Assembly (NCBI GenBank): GCA_964629875.1
Contig: CAZVRK010000007.1
Coordinates: 169-64,168 of the forward strand
Length of the DNA stretch: 64,000 bases
Direction of reading: 5' to 3'
Origin: an uncultured Dehalococcoidia bacterium
Lineage (GTDB): Bacteria; Chloroflexota; Dehalococcoidia; Lucifugimonadales; UBA3495
The position numbers and the translations under genes were made by a program. Below, in pieces: positions 44,088-53,900 of the stretch (its first letter is position 1; every line of letters starts with the position of its first letter). A model generated the notes under the pieces. The model did no database searches, had not been told where the DNA came from, and saw only the letters and a program-made list of their open reading frames with translations.

Positions 44088-45734
44088 ATGCAGACTATTG
44101 ATGTAATCGCAGAGATATTGAAGCGAGAGGGTATCGGGGTATTGAGTTGTTTCCCAACTACTCCTGTTATAGAAGCAGCAGCTGCTGCTGGTATACGGCC
44201 CATTATATGTAGGCAAGAACGTGTCGGAGTTGGAATAGCTGATGGATATAGTCGCCTGACAAATGGGGATCCTGTCGGAGTGTTTGCAATGCAATATGGG
44301 CCTGGAGCGGAGAATGCTTACGCTGGTGTCGCAACAGCTTACTCTGACTCGACACCTTTACTTCTATTGCCCCTGGGTCATCCTAGGGATAGGCAAGGAG
44401 TATTTCCTCTATTCTCGTCTATGTCTAATTATGCAGGGGTAACTAAATATATAGAACAAATAAATGTTGCAGATCGTACTTCAGAGGTAATGCGTAGGGC
44501 TTTTGGTGCGATTCATCAGGGACGCACTGGTCCGGTTATGGTGGAAATACCCGCTGACATAGCATTGGAGGAAGTCTCGGAAGAATCTTTTTTCTGGTCC
44601 CGTAATGTTAGAAAACTAGGATCACAAGGAGACCCGAGGGACATCGAATCAGCTGCAAAGGTATTATGCGCTGCAAAAAATCCCATAATACATGCTGGGC
44701 AAGGGGTGTTATTAGCGTCTGCAACCAACGAGTTAGTTGAATTAGCCGAGTTGTTAAATATCCCGGTAATGACCACATTGTTGGGTAAAAGTGCATTTCC
44801 AGAAGTCCATTCATTAGCTTTAGGTAGCGGTTCAGGTGTGACATCGGGGCCAGTACAGTATTTTATGAGCATATCTGATGTAGTTCTTGGCATCGGGTGC
44901 AGCTTTACCAAGCATGGTATGTCCATGAATATACCTTCGGGAAAGACGATTATTCATGCAACTAATGATCCCAGAGATATAAATAAAGATTATGATGTTG
45001 AATATCCTATAGTGGGAGATGCGAAGCTCGTACTCAGACAACTTATAGAGGCATGTAAAGAGATAATAGGATCGTCACAGATACAGAGAGAAGATATCAG
45101 TCGAGAGATAGACTCCCAACGAAGTCAGTGGTTGGCTGAGTGGGCCAGAAAGTTAGAGTCTTCTGAAAAGCCTATCAATCCTTATAGGGTTATATGGGAC
45201 TTTATGCGGACTATACCACCTCAGGACGCTGTAGTTACTCATGATTCTGGTAGTCCTAGAGATCAGATAGTTCCTTTCTATAGATCAAATGGGCCGAGGA
45301 CCTATTTAGGCTGGGGTAAGTCCCACGGATTGGGAACTGGCCTTGGCTTAGTGATAGGGGCTAAATTGGCAGATCCTAGTAAAATGTGTGTGAATTTTAT
45401 GGGAGATGCAGCGTTCGGAATGACGGGACTTGATTTTGAAACGGCCGTTCGATCAGACATCCCTATTACCACTGTTGTGCTAAACAACTCAACTATGGCG
45501 GTAGAAACTCATGCTATGCAGACGTCACATGACTTGTATAGGTCTCGCGATTTAGGAGGCAATTACTCCGAATTGGGACTTGCAATGGGCGGGTATGCGG
45601 AGCGTATTGATAATCCAAACGAGATATGTGGAGCCTTTGAACGAGCCCGAAAAATGAATGATGAAGGAAAATCTGTGCTGCTAGAATTCATTACTAGTGC
45701 TGAAACAGCATTTTCCCACAAGAGGCCTTTCTAA
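44088..45734 (+). CDS. Thiamine-pyrophosphate-dependent enzyme (acetolactate-synthase-like family, function unassigned)
   Basis: N-terminal TPP-pyrimidine domain (GIADGYSRLTNG...QYGPGAENA). C-terminal GDAAFGMTG...NNS TPP-binding motif. The start is taken at ATG 44088. Confidence 0.8.
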   Translation: MQTIDVIAEILKREGIGVLSCFPTTPVIEAAAAAGIRPIICRQERVGVGIADGYSRLTNGDPVGVFAMQYGPGAENAYAGVATAYSDSTPLLLLPLGHPRDRQGVFPLFSSMSNYAGVTKYIEQINVADRTSEVMRRAFGAIHQGRTGPVMVEIPADIALEEVSEESFFWSRNVRKLGSQGDPRDIESAAKVLCAAKNPIIHAGQGVLLASATNELVELAELLNIPVMTTLLGKSAFPEVHSLALGSGSGVTSGPVQYFMSISDVVLGIGCSFTKHGMSMNIPSGKTIIHATNDPRDINKDYDVEYPIVGDAKLVLRQLIEACKEIIGSSQIQREDISREIDSQRSQWLAEWARKLESSEKPINPYRVIWDFMRTIPPQDAVVTHDSGSPRDQIVPFYRSNGPRTYLGWGKSHGLGTGLGLVIGAKLADPSKMCVNFMGDAAFGMTGLDFETAVRSDIPITTVVLNNSTMAVETHAMQTSHDLYRSRDLGGNYSELGLAMGGYAERIDNPNEICGAFERARKMNDEGKSVLLEFITSAETAFSHKRPF

Positions 45735-45763
45735 TAAAGATATTAAAATATTAAGGAGCTAGT

Positions 45764-46123
45764 ATGACTCGCTCAAAGTACTTGTTTATAGCCTCAATGG
45801 ATGTCCTAAAAGACAGAAAACAGTTGTTCGACGAAGTTTATAACGAGGAGCACTGCCCGTTGTTGCTGGAAGTTCCGGGAGTGCGCGCTGTAAGTAGGTT
45901 TGAAACACAAAGCTTTGCTATAGCACTTGGGGGAGAGATACGCCAAGTAACTAATGAACATGAACCTACTTATCACGCAGTTTACGAAATAGATAATCCA
46001 GGCGTTTTGGAGTCATCGGATTGGTCTAAGGCGGTCGATAGCGGCAGGTGGCCAGAAGAAGTGCGGCCTTATACAAGTAACCGTAGGCATTCGTTGTTGA
46101 AGTTGACGTATCCTATTACTTAA
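45764..46123 (+). CDS. Small dimeric alpha/beta-barrel-like protein (EthD/DUF4286-like), function unknown
   Basis: 119 aa. The FDEVYNEEHCPLLLEVPGVRAVSRF pattern recalls EthD-like proteins. Assignment is weak. Confidence 0.35.
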   Translation: MTRSKYLFIASMDVLKDRKQLFDEVYNEEHCPLLLEVPGVRAVSRFETQSFAIALGGEIRQVTNEHEPTYHAVYEIDNPGVLESSDWSKAVDSGRWPEEVRPYTSNRRHSLLKLTYPIT

Positions 46124-46156
46124 TGAGCCTTGCTATGGGTGAATACTTAGGGGTAT

Positions 46157-46645
46157 TCAGATGTATTTAACATAATGTTCGACTGTTAATGGTCCGTATG
46201 CTTCTTTACGTGTTTTCTTGTATCCGTTGGTCTTATACATACGTATCGCTGGGACTAAGTGACTCACGGTAGATAGAAAGATGTGCCCGTAGCCATGATC
46301 TCTGCAGAATTGATCTACGGTGTTTAGGAGTAATGTACCTATTCCTTTCCTACGAGAGTCTCGTGAAACACTCATGCGCCGTAACTCTGCTGACTCTCTA
46401 CTGTGGTTCTGGATAGCTACTATCCCTTTGATTTCCCCCGATATCTCTGCAATCCAAAAATTACTGCTATCATGGGTCTTGTAGTGCGTGGTTATGTCCT
46501 TCAAGTCTAGACCTAGAGACCTTCTGATATATGATCTTACCTCCGGTTCAAATGGTTCGCCGATAGCGAAGTCCAGTTGTCCGTTAACAAATAGTTGTCT
46601 GACTGACAAATAATCAGTTGGTTGGTATTCGCGTATGTATACCAA
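46157..46645 (-). CDS. GNAT family N-acetyltransferase
   Basis: Acetyl-CoA motif A: MSVSRDSRRKGIGTLLL. Confidence 0.85.
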   Translation of the reverse strand: MVYIREYQPTDYLSVRQLFVNGQLDFAIGEPFEPEVRSYIRRSLGLDLKDITTHYKTHDSSNFWIAEISGEIKGIVAIQNHSRESAELRRMSVSRDSRRKGIGTLLLNTVDQFCRDHGYGHIFLSTVSHLVPAIRMYKTNGYKKTRKEAYGPLTVEHYVKYI

Positions 46646-46700
46646 TGTTACCCTGTCATTAATAGATAAGTTTCTGGGTCAGTTTAATGCCTTTGCTACG

Positions 46701-47786
46701 CTATACATTTATGAGGAAATGTATTATGTCGCCATCTTTAACTGGGTAGGTTTTGCCCTCGGATCTAAGGACTCCTTCTTTTCGCCCCTGAGCAAGGCTG
46801 CCACACCGAGTGAGATCATCATAGGGTATGACCTCTGCTCTTATAAACCCGCGCGAAAAGTCGGTATGAATAGTTCCTGCAGCGTCTTGTGCAGGGAGTC
46901 CTGCTGGTATACTCCAGGCCCTGACTTCGTCTTCGCCGACAGTTAAAAAAGATGCAAGCCCCAGGGTTGAATAAGTCATACCGATGACCTGAGTTAAGGC
47001 AGAATCTCCTAACCCAAGGTCCGTTCTAAACTCAGACTCTTCTTCATCTGACATTAAAGCCAGTTCAGATTCCAATTTTGCAGATAAGCTTACTTCACCT
47101 AACTCGGAGTCGATATCATAGTCCCAATCCATATTCTGGAGTGTTATAGGTTCTGACGTTTCGTCAGTATTGAATGCGACTATTACTGGTTTACCTGTGA
47201 GCAACTGATAATTAACCAAAAATGAGAGGTCAGATTCGCTTAATTGTTGTCTTCTTAGTGGGATACCATCTTCCAATCCCTGCTTAACCTTTTTGACAAC
47301 CTCTTGTTGTTTTACTACGTTCGGCCTCTCGGAGACTTTGGACTTCTTGATAGCGTCTTCTAATCGGTCGACTGCTCGGTCAAGAATCTCTAGATCGGCA
47401 AACAGGATTTCATTGAGCATTGTGGACAAGTCATCTTTGGGATCGATGTTATTTGCTGGGTGAATGATACTAGGATCATCAAAGCTCCGTATTACGATTA
47501 GAAATGCATCAGCCCCTTGTAATAAATTCCGGTACTGTCCAGCGATGCCCTGGGATTTCGATTCGTGGTTAGACCCAGGAATATCAAAATACTTTATTTC
47601 TGCATGCACAATTTTTTTGGGATTATACATCTCAGAGAGCACGTCTATACGGCTGTCTGGCACCTTTGTTACCCCTATATGAACTTCTGACATGCCACCA
47701 CCGGTGGTCTCAGCAGTCCCTTTTGTTAAAGCATTAAATACAGTGGTTTTTCCACTTTGTGATAACCCGATTATTCCAACATCCAT
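46701..47786 (-). CDS. ychF: Ribosome-binding ATPase YchF
   Basis: P-loop GIIGLSQSGKTTVFNALT, central coiled-coil insert, and a C-terminal TGS-like FIRAEVIPYDDL. Confidence 0.9.
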   Translation of the reverse strand: MDVGIIGLSQSGKTTVFNALTKGTAETTGGGMSEVHIGVTKVPDSRIDVLSEMYNPKKIVHAEIKYFDIPGSNHESKSQGIAGQYRNLLQGADAFLIVIRSFDDPSIIHPANNIDPKDDLSTMLNEILFADLEILDRAVDRLEDAIKKSKVSERPNVVKQQEVVKKVKQGLEDGIPLRRQQLSESDLSFLVNYQLLTGKPVIVAFNTDETSEPITLQNMDWDYDIDSELGEVSLSAKLESELALMSDEEESEFRTDLGLGDSALTQVIGMTYSTLGLASFLTVGEDEVRAWSIPAGLPAQDAAGTIHTDFSRGFIRAEVIPYDDLTRCGSLAQGRKEGVLRSEGKTYPVKDGDIIHFLINV

Positions 47787-47814
47787 ATATGATTTATACC
47801 TTTTGTATTGTAGT

Positions 47815-48990
47815 TTAGTCTCTTGCTAACACGACTGTTCCAGTAGATGATAGGGATCCACCAGTTCCATTTACTATCGATATCTTAGCATTTTGACTTG
47901 GATTTGATTTACTTTTAACTTGTCGCTCGCCTACTTCACCGCGAAGCTGGCGAACTGACTCCACCAAAAGAAAGCTACCGTACATACCAGGATGCGTGTA
48001 TGACAGGCCTCCACCGTTAGTGTTTAGTGGGAAATCTCCCCCCGGTGCGGTCCGTTGGTTGGCTACGAAGTCTGCTGCTTCCCCTGGTTTGCAGAATCCC
48101 AATCCTTCAAGAGTTATCATCACGGTATATGTAAATGAGTCATATATCATCGTAAGGTCTATGTCATTGTGAGTTAAACCTGCTCTTGATAGAGCAGTAG
48201 GTCCGGTTTCTCTTGATACAGAGGAGGTAAAATCTGGCATCATGCTTACTATATTGTGGTCGTGGGCTTCTGCGGCTCCCAATACCCAGATGGGCTCCTT
48301 TCGGCAATTCTTGGCTTTCTCTGCCGATGTGACTATTATGGCTGCGCCAGAATCTGTGACTAAACAACAATCGACTAAGTGAAAAGGCCAAGCGACCCAC
48401 CGTGAGTCGTGGTATTCACTAAAAGAGAGTGGAGTGTCGTGCATTACAGCTTTAGGGTTTAAGTTTGCCCATTTTCGAGTGGCAACTGCTATCTCTGCCA
48501 TCCCTTGACGTGTTTTATCTTCGCCATATTGATGCATATATCTAGTACAGGCCATTGCGTAATTAATTGGTTGTCCAATCATCCCGTATGGCGATTCGTA
48601 TTGGGAGACTGGAAGATTTGGGTCAGTAGGAATTCTTGCCCTGGTTGATCTTCCTGCCTGTCCGTGAGTGATCAGTGCAACGTCGCAGTATCCTGCCCTG
48701 ATGGCTGCTAGAGCATGTGCTACGTGAATGACAAAGGATGAACCACCGACTGATGTGTTATCAGTGAAACTAGGTTTTATTCCTAGGTATTCTGCCGTGG
48801 CCAACGAGGAGAATCCGGCAGTAAAAACCCCGTTCACGTCTGCTTTAGACAAACCGGCATCTTCTAGTGCATTTGATGCAGCCTCTGCGTGGTGCTGTAA
48901 AGATGATTTATTTGGAACAGTGCCCATTTCATCGGATTCAGCAACTCCTACTATAGCGATATCGCGTTCGTTTCTAAAAGAATTAGTCAT
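47815..48990 (-). CDS. Thiolase-fold protein (SCP2-thiolase-like) lacking the N-terminal nucleophilic Cys
   Basis: IAIVGVAES..., VDCCLVTDSGAA and NTNGGGLSYTHPG. The thiolase acyl-enzyme motif reads S-V-G-G-S-S-F where a Cys is expected. Confidence 0.75.
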   Translation of the reverse strand: MTNSFRNERDIAIVGVAESDEMGTVPNKSSLQHHAEAASNALEDAGLSKADVNGVFTAGFSSLATAEYLGIKPSFTDNTSVGGSSFVIHVAHALAAIRAGYCDVALITHGQAGRSTRARIPTDPNLPVSQYESPYGMIGQPINYAMACTRYMHQYGEDKTRQGMAEIAVATRKWANLNPKAVMHDTPLSFSEYHDSRWVAWPFHLVDCCLVTDSGAAIIVTSAEKAKNCRKEPIWVLGAAEAHDHNIVSMMPDFTSSVSRETGPTALSRAGLTHNDIDLTMIYDSFTYTVMITLEGLGFCKPGEAADFVANQRTAPGGDFPLNTNGGGLSYTHPGMYGSFLLVESVRQLRGEVGERQVKSKSNPSQNAKISIVNGTGGSLSSTGTVVLARD

Positions 48991-49223
48991 TGCAATATAC
49001 CTTTCTCATCGTCTTATATAATCAAGGTCTCAGCATAGCTTGATCAGCCGGGCCATGACTGATGGTACAACAACCTATAGGTTTAGGACAATGGTCATGT
49101 CCCTTGATATGGTCAGAACGAACCGGTAGATCTCTTTCTAAACCTACGTGTTAAAATACTAATGGATGCAACGAATTGTTTGAATTGTTTAAGTTCATCC
49201 ACTTCAGAAAAAGAAGGTGAATC

Positions 49224-49793
49224 ATGCCTCGTAACTTCTGGATGATCACTTGTAATGAATTAAATTACCAGATCACCAAAGAACAAGGGTTTGTATGTCA
49301 AGGTCTTAAAGGTCAGTACCGACGTAAGGTGCAAAGAGTCGAAATCGGGGATAGGCTGTTGTACTACGTCACCGGTATACGATGTTTCACGGCTACGGCC
49401 ACCCTGATATCTTCTTATCGTGAGGAAGAGACGATAATATGGCAGAATGAAGGTAAAGCCGACTGGCCATATAGAATCGACATCGAGCCGGAAGTGGTTC
49501 TGGATGAAGATCAGTATATAAACGCAGGTCTTTTAGCTCATAGGTTAGATTACGTGAGGCGATGGCCGCCAGAAAACTGGTATATGGCTTTTCAGGGAAA
49601 CCTTCATTTGCTCCCCAAGAATGATTTTTTCTTAATTGAAGAAGAGATGAAAAAGCTCAAGTTCGGTCCAGAATATAAACCTCAAATAGAGCCACCTCCG
49701 GAGAGGTCTAAGTCTAGGGGTAGGAGAAATCGTGGTGGCGCGGGAAATCGCAATGCCAATAAAGCCGCAACCGCAACCGCGTCAGGGGAATAA
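49224..49793 (+). CDS. PUA-like (EVE/ASCH-type) domain protein with Arg/Gly-rich C-terminal tail
   Basis: RNFWMITCNE...VEIGDRLLYYVTG...WPYRIDIEP resembles EVE-type folds. The tail is SKSRGRRNRGGAGNRNANKAATATASGE. Confidence 0.45.
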   Translation: MPRNFWMITCNELNYQITKEQGFVCQGLKGQYRRKVQRVEIGDRLLYYVTGIRCFTATATLISSYREEETIIWQNEGKADWPYRIDIEPEVVLDEDQYINAGLLAHRLDYVRRWPPENWYMAFQGNLHLLPKNDFFLIEEEMKKLKFGPEYKPQIEPPPERSKSRGRRNRGGAGNRNANKAATATASGE

Positions 49794-49797
49794 GAAT

Positions 49798-50934
49798 CTA
49801 TACTGTTATCCGAGATGAGGCTGCGCTTATCTCGTTTATAACCTCTGGGTCGGTTTCTACTGAAAGTTGCTCTCTCAAAGCCAGCTTTGATGCATGGCCC
49901 CCAATTTTGCCTAGTGCCCACGCTGAGTGACCTCTAACGATGGGTGAGTCTGATTTCAATGCGTGTGTCAGGGCAGGAATTGAATCTGGTGATCCTATAT
50001 TTCCCAGTACTATGCAGGCATTTCTCTGCATACCGTGATATTTAGCGCGCATTATTGGGGTTCCAGCAAAATTTTCTCGAAATTGATGCTCAGACATAGT
50101 TAGAAGATTTATTAAGTCCAGAGATTGTTTGGTGTTAACTTTGAACAAAGGTTCTTTTGCAATCTGAGATTTGACGTTTACGGGACATACGTCTTGGCAG
50201 ATGTCACAACCAAACACCCATTCACCGATAGAATCTCGTAACTCCGTAGGGATAGAGCCTCTGTTTTCGATTGTAAGATGGGATATACAACGTGAGTTAT
50301 CAATGGTGTAAGGATCTGTTATAGCTTTGGTTGGGCATTCTTCAATACATCTACTACAGGTGCCACAATGTTTCTTCAGGGGTAAATCTATATCTAATTC
50401 CAGATCAGTAATGATCTGCCCCAAGAAAACCCATGAACCTAACTGAGGGGACAATAGGTTGGTGTTTTTTCCTATCCAGCCTATACCTGATCTACGTGCA
50501 GCAGCCCTATCTAGCATTGGGCCATCATCTATATACCATCTTGATTTGAAACTAGTACCCAATACATTTGAAATGTTTTCTACTAGTAACTTCATTCTTT
50601 TCTTTACTACTTTGTGGTAATCCTTGCCCCACGCATATACTGCTACCTTGCCCATAGGTCTATGTTTGTTAGGGTTAGGTTTACGGTCTTGGTAATAATT
50701 CATCCCCACAGAAATTATCGATTTTGCTTCGGGTAGTAAAGTAGACGGATCCGTTCCTCGGATCACTCTGCTCTCATTGAACCAGGGTAATCCGGACATT
50801 TTCCCTGATCGTATCCGATCAATTGCTATATCTCTATCTTCAATAAAACTTTCAGCTGACGTTATATTGCACAGGTCAAAATTTAGCTCACTAGCTGAAT
50901 TTTTAATTATCTCTGTCAAGTCACTTCTGTTCAT
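49798..50934 (-). CDS. queG: Epoxyqueuosine reductase
   Basis: CGTCSRCIEECPT and CDICQDVCPVN 4Fe-4S motifs, plus a C-terminal HEAT-like repeat (NACIVLGNIG...VRGHSAWALGKIG). Confidence 0.9.
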   Translation of the reverse strand: MNRSDLTEIIKNSASELNFDLCNITSAESFIEDRDIAIDRIRSGKMSGLPWFNESRVIRGTDPSTLLPEAKSIISVGMNYYQDRKPNPNKHRPMGKVAVYAWGKDYHKVVKKRMKLLVENISNVLGTSFKSRWYIDDGPMLDRAAARRSGIGWIGKNTNLLSPQLGSWVFLGQIITDLELDIDLPLKKHCGTCSRCIEECPTKAITDPYTIDNSRCISHLTIENRGSIPTELRDSIGEWVFGCDICQDVCPVNVKSQIAKEPLFKVNTKQSLDLINLLTMSEHQFRENFAGTPIMRAKYHGMQRNACIVLGNIGSPDSIPALTHALKSDSPIVRGHSAWALGKIGGHASKLALREQLSVETDPEVINEISAASSRITV

Positions 50935-50984
50935 ATAGACTTCTATGATCCAAAATTCGAAGATTCAAACTTATATTTGTTTTG

Positions 50985-51500
50985 CTAGATGTTTTCATTC
51001 TGATATGCCCCATCGTATTTTTGTTGGGTTGGTGCGTCTAATACCATAAATACGAGCTGCATAACGCGGGCATTCTTCTGGATGTCGTACCCATCAGGAT
51101 GATAGATATTAATTAAGGCCTGGGAACGACCGTTGTACCCTGCGTCCCATACGGCAGTGTGTATGGCTACACCACTCCTCAACAAACTTGATCTGGGACG
51201 TGCGAGGGCCATAAGGTTCCCTGGTAGTGATACGATTTCATTGAACGTTATAAGAAAAGAACCCTGTGGAAGATGTAACCGATCTTCTTTATCAAACTCT
51301 AGGAGTGAGGTTTCTGAGACTTTCCGATCGTCTGGTCTTTTACCGATGCTGCCAGCTGTGTCAAGCGTGTAAACACTGTTTAACGTTACATCAAAACCGT
51401 TAGGTTGTATCTGCTCTTCAAGTGATAGGTATGAAGTAATCAACGGGGGGTCCCCATTGATGAGCTGGAATATAGTTTGATTGCTGAGGGTTGCCGTCAT
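50985..51500 (-). CDS. dCTP deaminase/dUTPase-family protein (archaeal-type dUTPase-like)
   Basis: 171 aa. QPNGFDVTL, RSSLLRSGV and DAGYNG motifs of the Dcd/Dut beta-barrel family. Confidence 0.7.
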   Translation of the reverse strand: MTATLSNQTIFQLINGDPPLITSYLSLEEQIQPNGFDVTLNSVYTLDTAGSIGKRPDDRKVSETSLLEFDKEDRLHLPQGSFLITFNEIVSLPGNLMALARPRSSLLRSGVAIHTAVWDAGYNGRSQALINIYHPDGYDIQKNARVMQLVFMVLDAPTQQKYDGAYQNENI

Positions 51501-51524
51501 TTAAACAATCATGCTCAAATTAAT

Positions 51525-51567
51525 AAAATATCTCGGAGATAATCTTATACCATCTCCGAGATATTTT
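51525..51567 (-). terminator. Hairpin terminator downstream of groEL
   Basis: AAAATATCTCGGAGAT (51525-51540) pairs perfectly with ATCTCCGAGATATTTT (51552-51567) around an 11-nt loop. Confidence 0.6.
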
Positions 51568-51585
51568 AATAGGTCTTATTTTTGG

Positions 51586-53211
51586 TTAGTCGTGCATGAA
51601 ATCTTGTATGTCGGCAGGCAACGGAACAAACTTGGGGATTTCAGTTACTACAGCTTGTGTCGTAAGTATCATTCCGGCGACGCTTCCAGCGTTCTGCAAT
51701 GCACTCCTCGTTACTTTTGCTGGGTCAATGACACCCTTAGCTACTAGGTTTGCGTATTGTCCAAGTTCGGCATCAAATCCCCAATCGTCCTTACCATCTC
51801 TAACATGTTCCAAAACTACTTCGCCAGAGTATCCAGCATTTTCGGCAATTAGCATGAGAGGGGCGCCGAGCGCTCTCTTCACGATATTAACGCCTAGAGA
51901 TTCTTCGCCAGTTAGTTGCTTTTCGAGCTGGTCAAGCACGTGTTCAGCTCTAACAAGGGTTACTCCACCCCCAGGCACTATACCTTCTTCTACGGCCGCT
52001 CTCGTAGCCGACAGAGCATCTTCAGTCCTAGATTTACGTTCGTTTAACTCTGGTTCAGTAGCAGCACCAACTTTTATTACAGCGACCCCTCCAGCCAGAG
52101 CAGCAAGTCTCTCTTGAAGTTTTTCTCTATCATAGTCAGACGTGGTGTCTTCTATCTGGACTCTCAATTGTCCTACGCGGCCGTGTATATCGTCTGAAGA
52201 ACCGGCCCCTTCAATAATAGTCGATTCGTCTTTAAGGCATATGATTCTTCTCGAGCTGCCCAAGTGATGAAGTTCGACGGAATCCAACGATAAGCCTGTG
52301 TCACTGCTGACTACTGTTCCGCCCGTCATTATGGCAAGGTCTTCCAATAAGGCTTTTCTGCGGTCGCCAAAACCCGGTGCTTTGATAGCAACGCAGCTAA
52401 TAGTTCCACGCATTTTGTTAACAACTAATGTGGATAAGGCTTCACCTTCCACGTCTTCAGCAATTATTACAAGGGGTTTACGGTCACCTTGTGCTATTTT
52501 TTCCAATGTTGGGACTATGTCGTTGGCAGCCGATAGTTTTTGATCTGTTATTAAGAATCTGGGTTCGTCTAAAACTACTTCCATACGTTGAGCGTCTGTT
52601 ACAAAATGAGGCGATAGGTATCCCCTATCTAATCTCATTCCTTCGACTATTTCTAGGTCGTCCGTGAGAGTTTTTGATTCTTCGATTGTTATGACGCCTT
52701 CTCTACCGACTTTGTCCATAGCCTCGGCGATTAATTGTGCAATGCCATCTTCATGAGCTGAGAGAGCGGCTACTTTGGCAACTTGTTCTTGATTTTCTAC
52801 AGCGGTAGAAATACTCCTGATCTCAGCAACTACTGCATCGACAGCTTTATCTATCCCCGACTTTAGAAAGACAGGACTGGCTCCAGAAGCAACGTTCTTA
52901 AATCCTTCGTTTACGATTGCTTTTGTTAAGACCACTGAAGTAGTGGTGCCATCACCGACCACATCATTCGTTTTTGAAGCGGCCTCTTTTACTAGCTGGG
53001 CACCCATATTCTCATATGCGTCTGGTAGATCTATTTCTTTTGCTACGGTTACGCCGTCACTACATACAACAGGGAGGGCCCATACACGAGCTAGCAATAC
53101 GTTTCTTCCGCTGGGTCCTAATGTAAGGCCTACAGCTTTTGCTAGCTCATTTACTCCTTTCATTAAACTACTTCGAGCTTCTTCATCAAAAATTAATTGT
53201 TTTTCTGCCAT
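51586..53211 (-). CDS. groEL: Chaperonin GroEL (60 kDa)
   Basis: [11 protein letters not shown]..., DGTTT and [12 protein letters not shown]. The C-terminus ends ...[10 protein letters not shown] with no GGM repeats. Confidence 0.95.
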   Translation of the reverse strand: MAEKQLIFDEEARSSLMKGVNELAKAVGLTLGPSGRNVLLARVWALPVVCSDGVTVAKEIDLPDAYENMGAQLVKEAASKTNDVVGDGTTTSVVLTKAIVNEGFKNVASGASPVFLKSGIDKAVDAVVAEIRSISTAVENQEQVAKVAALSAHEDGIAQLIAEAMDKVGREGVITIEESKTLTDDLEIVEGMRLDRGYLSPHFVTDAQRMEVVLDEPRFLITDQKLSAANDIVPTLEKIAQGDRKPLVIIAEDVEGEALSTLVVNKMRGTISCVAIKAPGFGDRRKALLEDLAIMTGGTVVSSDTGLSLDSVELHHLGSSRRIICLKDESTIIEGAGSSDDIHGRVGQLRVQIEDTTSDYDREKLQERLAALAGGVAVIKVGAATEPELNERKSRTEDALSATRAAVEEGIVPGGGVTLVRAEHVLDQLEKQLTGEESLGVNIVKRALGAPLMLIAENAGYSGEVVLEHVRDGKDDWGFDAELGQYANLVAKGVIDPAKVTRSALQNAGSVAGMILTTQAVVTEIPKFVPLPADIQDFMHD

Positions 53212-53291
53212 ACTATGAGCCTCTTCTTTAAGTAAAATAACTATACGTGCGAGGTTGCACTACCAGTCTTTATATACGGTTCCGGCTAACC

Positions 53292-53320
53292 AATATGCGT
53301 TAACCTGTATTCATTGTCAA
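53292..53320 (-). promoter_or_regulatory. Putative promoter TTGACA-17-CATATT for groEL (minus strand)
   Basis: On the minus strand, TTGACA is at 53320-53315 and CATATT at 53297-53292, about 80 nt upstream of ATG 53211. Confidence 0.35.
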
Positions 53321-53390
53321 CAGTTTAACATCTTGCCGCTATTTGTTGCAGTTTTTATTCGTTTCGCGAATGACAAATTGGTAAGTGTTC

Positions 53391-53900
53391 TCAATGAATT
53401 GGTATTCCCCATTTCTTTATAGCAGTTTGAGATGTGTCTGAATAGGGAATGTCTTGTATTTCTATTCCTGATGAGGGATGAACTAATGTGGGGGCTATTT
53501 CTAAAAGAGGAATTAATACAAAGGATCTTTCCAGAATCCTGGGGTGCGGGATATGTAGGTCTGGTGTTTCACACGATATCACTTGGTCTCCATAAAACAA
53601 GATATCAATATCTAGAGAGCGCGGACCATATCGAAATGACGGTTCTCTACCTACCATGGTCTCAACTGATTTTACTAAAGCCAGCAACTCTATCGGGTTT
53701 TGCGATGTGCGAATCCTGATTGCGCAGTTTAAAAAATATGGCTGGTTTGCATAACCCCAAGGTTCGGTTTCATATATTGAAGAACACTCCATAAAACTAA
53801 TATCAGGCTGCACTGATAGCAAGGATATGCCATCGGCGATATTATCTGCTCGGTTGCCCATATTTGAACCTAACCCCAGGTATACGTTTAATCTGTCCAA
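53391..53900 (-). CDS. folK: 2-amino-4-hydroxy-6-hydroxymethyldihydropteridine pyrophosphokinase
   Basis: VYLGLGSNMG N-terminus, GPRSLDIDIL and HPRILERSFVL motifs. Confidence 0.9.
   Translation of the reverse strand: MDRLNVYLGLGSNMGNRADNIADGISLLSVQPDISFMECSSIYETEPWGYANQPYFLNCAIRIRTSQNPIELLALVKSVETMVGREPSFRYGPRSLDIDILFYGDQVISCETPDLHIPHPRILERSFVLIPLLEIAPTLVHPSSGIEIQDIPYSDTSQTAIKKWGIPIH

Noticed and set aside
46635-46946. 103-aa plus-strand ORF bridging the GNAT and ychF genes
   Set aside because: It overlaps two well-supported minus-strand genes and has no recognisable features.
49072-49083. Perfect 12-bp palindrome AACCTATAGGTT, flanked by CATGAC/GTCATG, in the thiolase / EVE-like divergent spacer as an operator
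   Set aside because: A short A/T-rich palindrome in an intergenic region is not strongly unexpected. No regulator gene lies nearby and no second copy was seen, so I kept it only as a note.
53212-53390. CIRCE/HrcA operator or a groES gene upstream of groEL
   Set aside because: No TTAGCACTC-N9-GAGTGCTAA-like inverted repeat was found. The 179-nt region is too short for groES.
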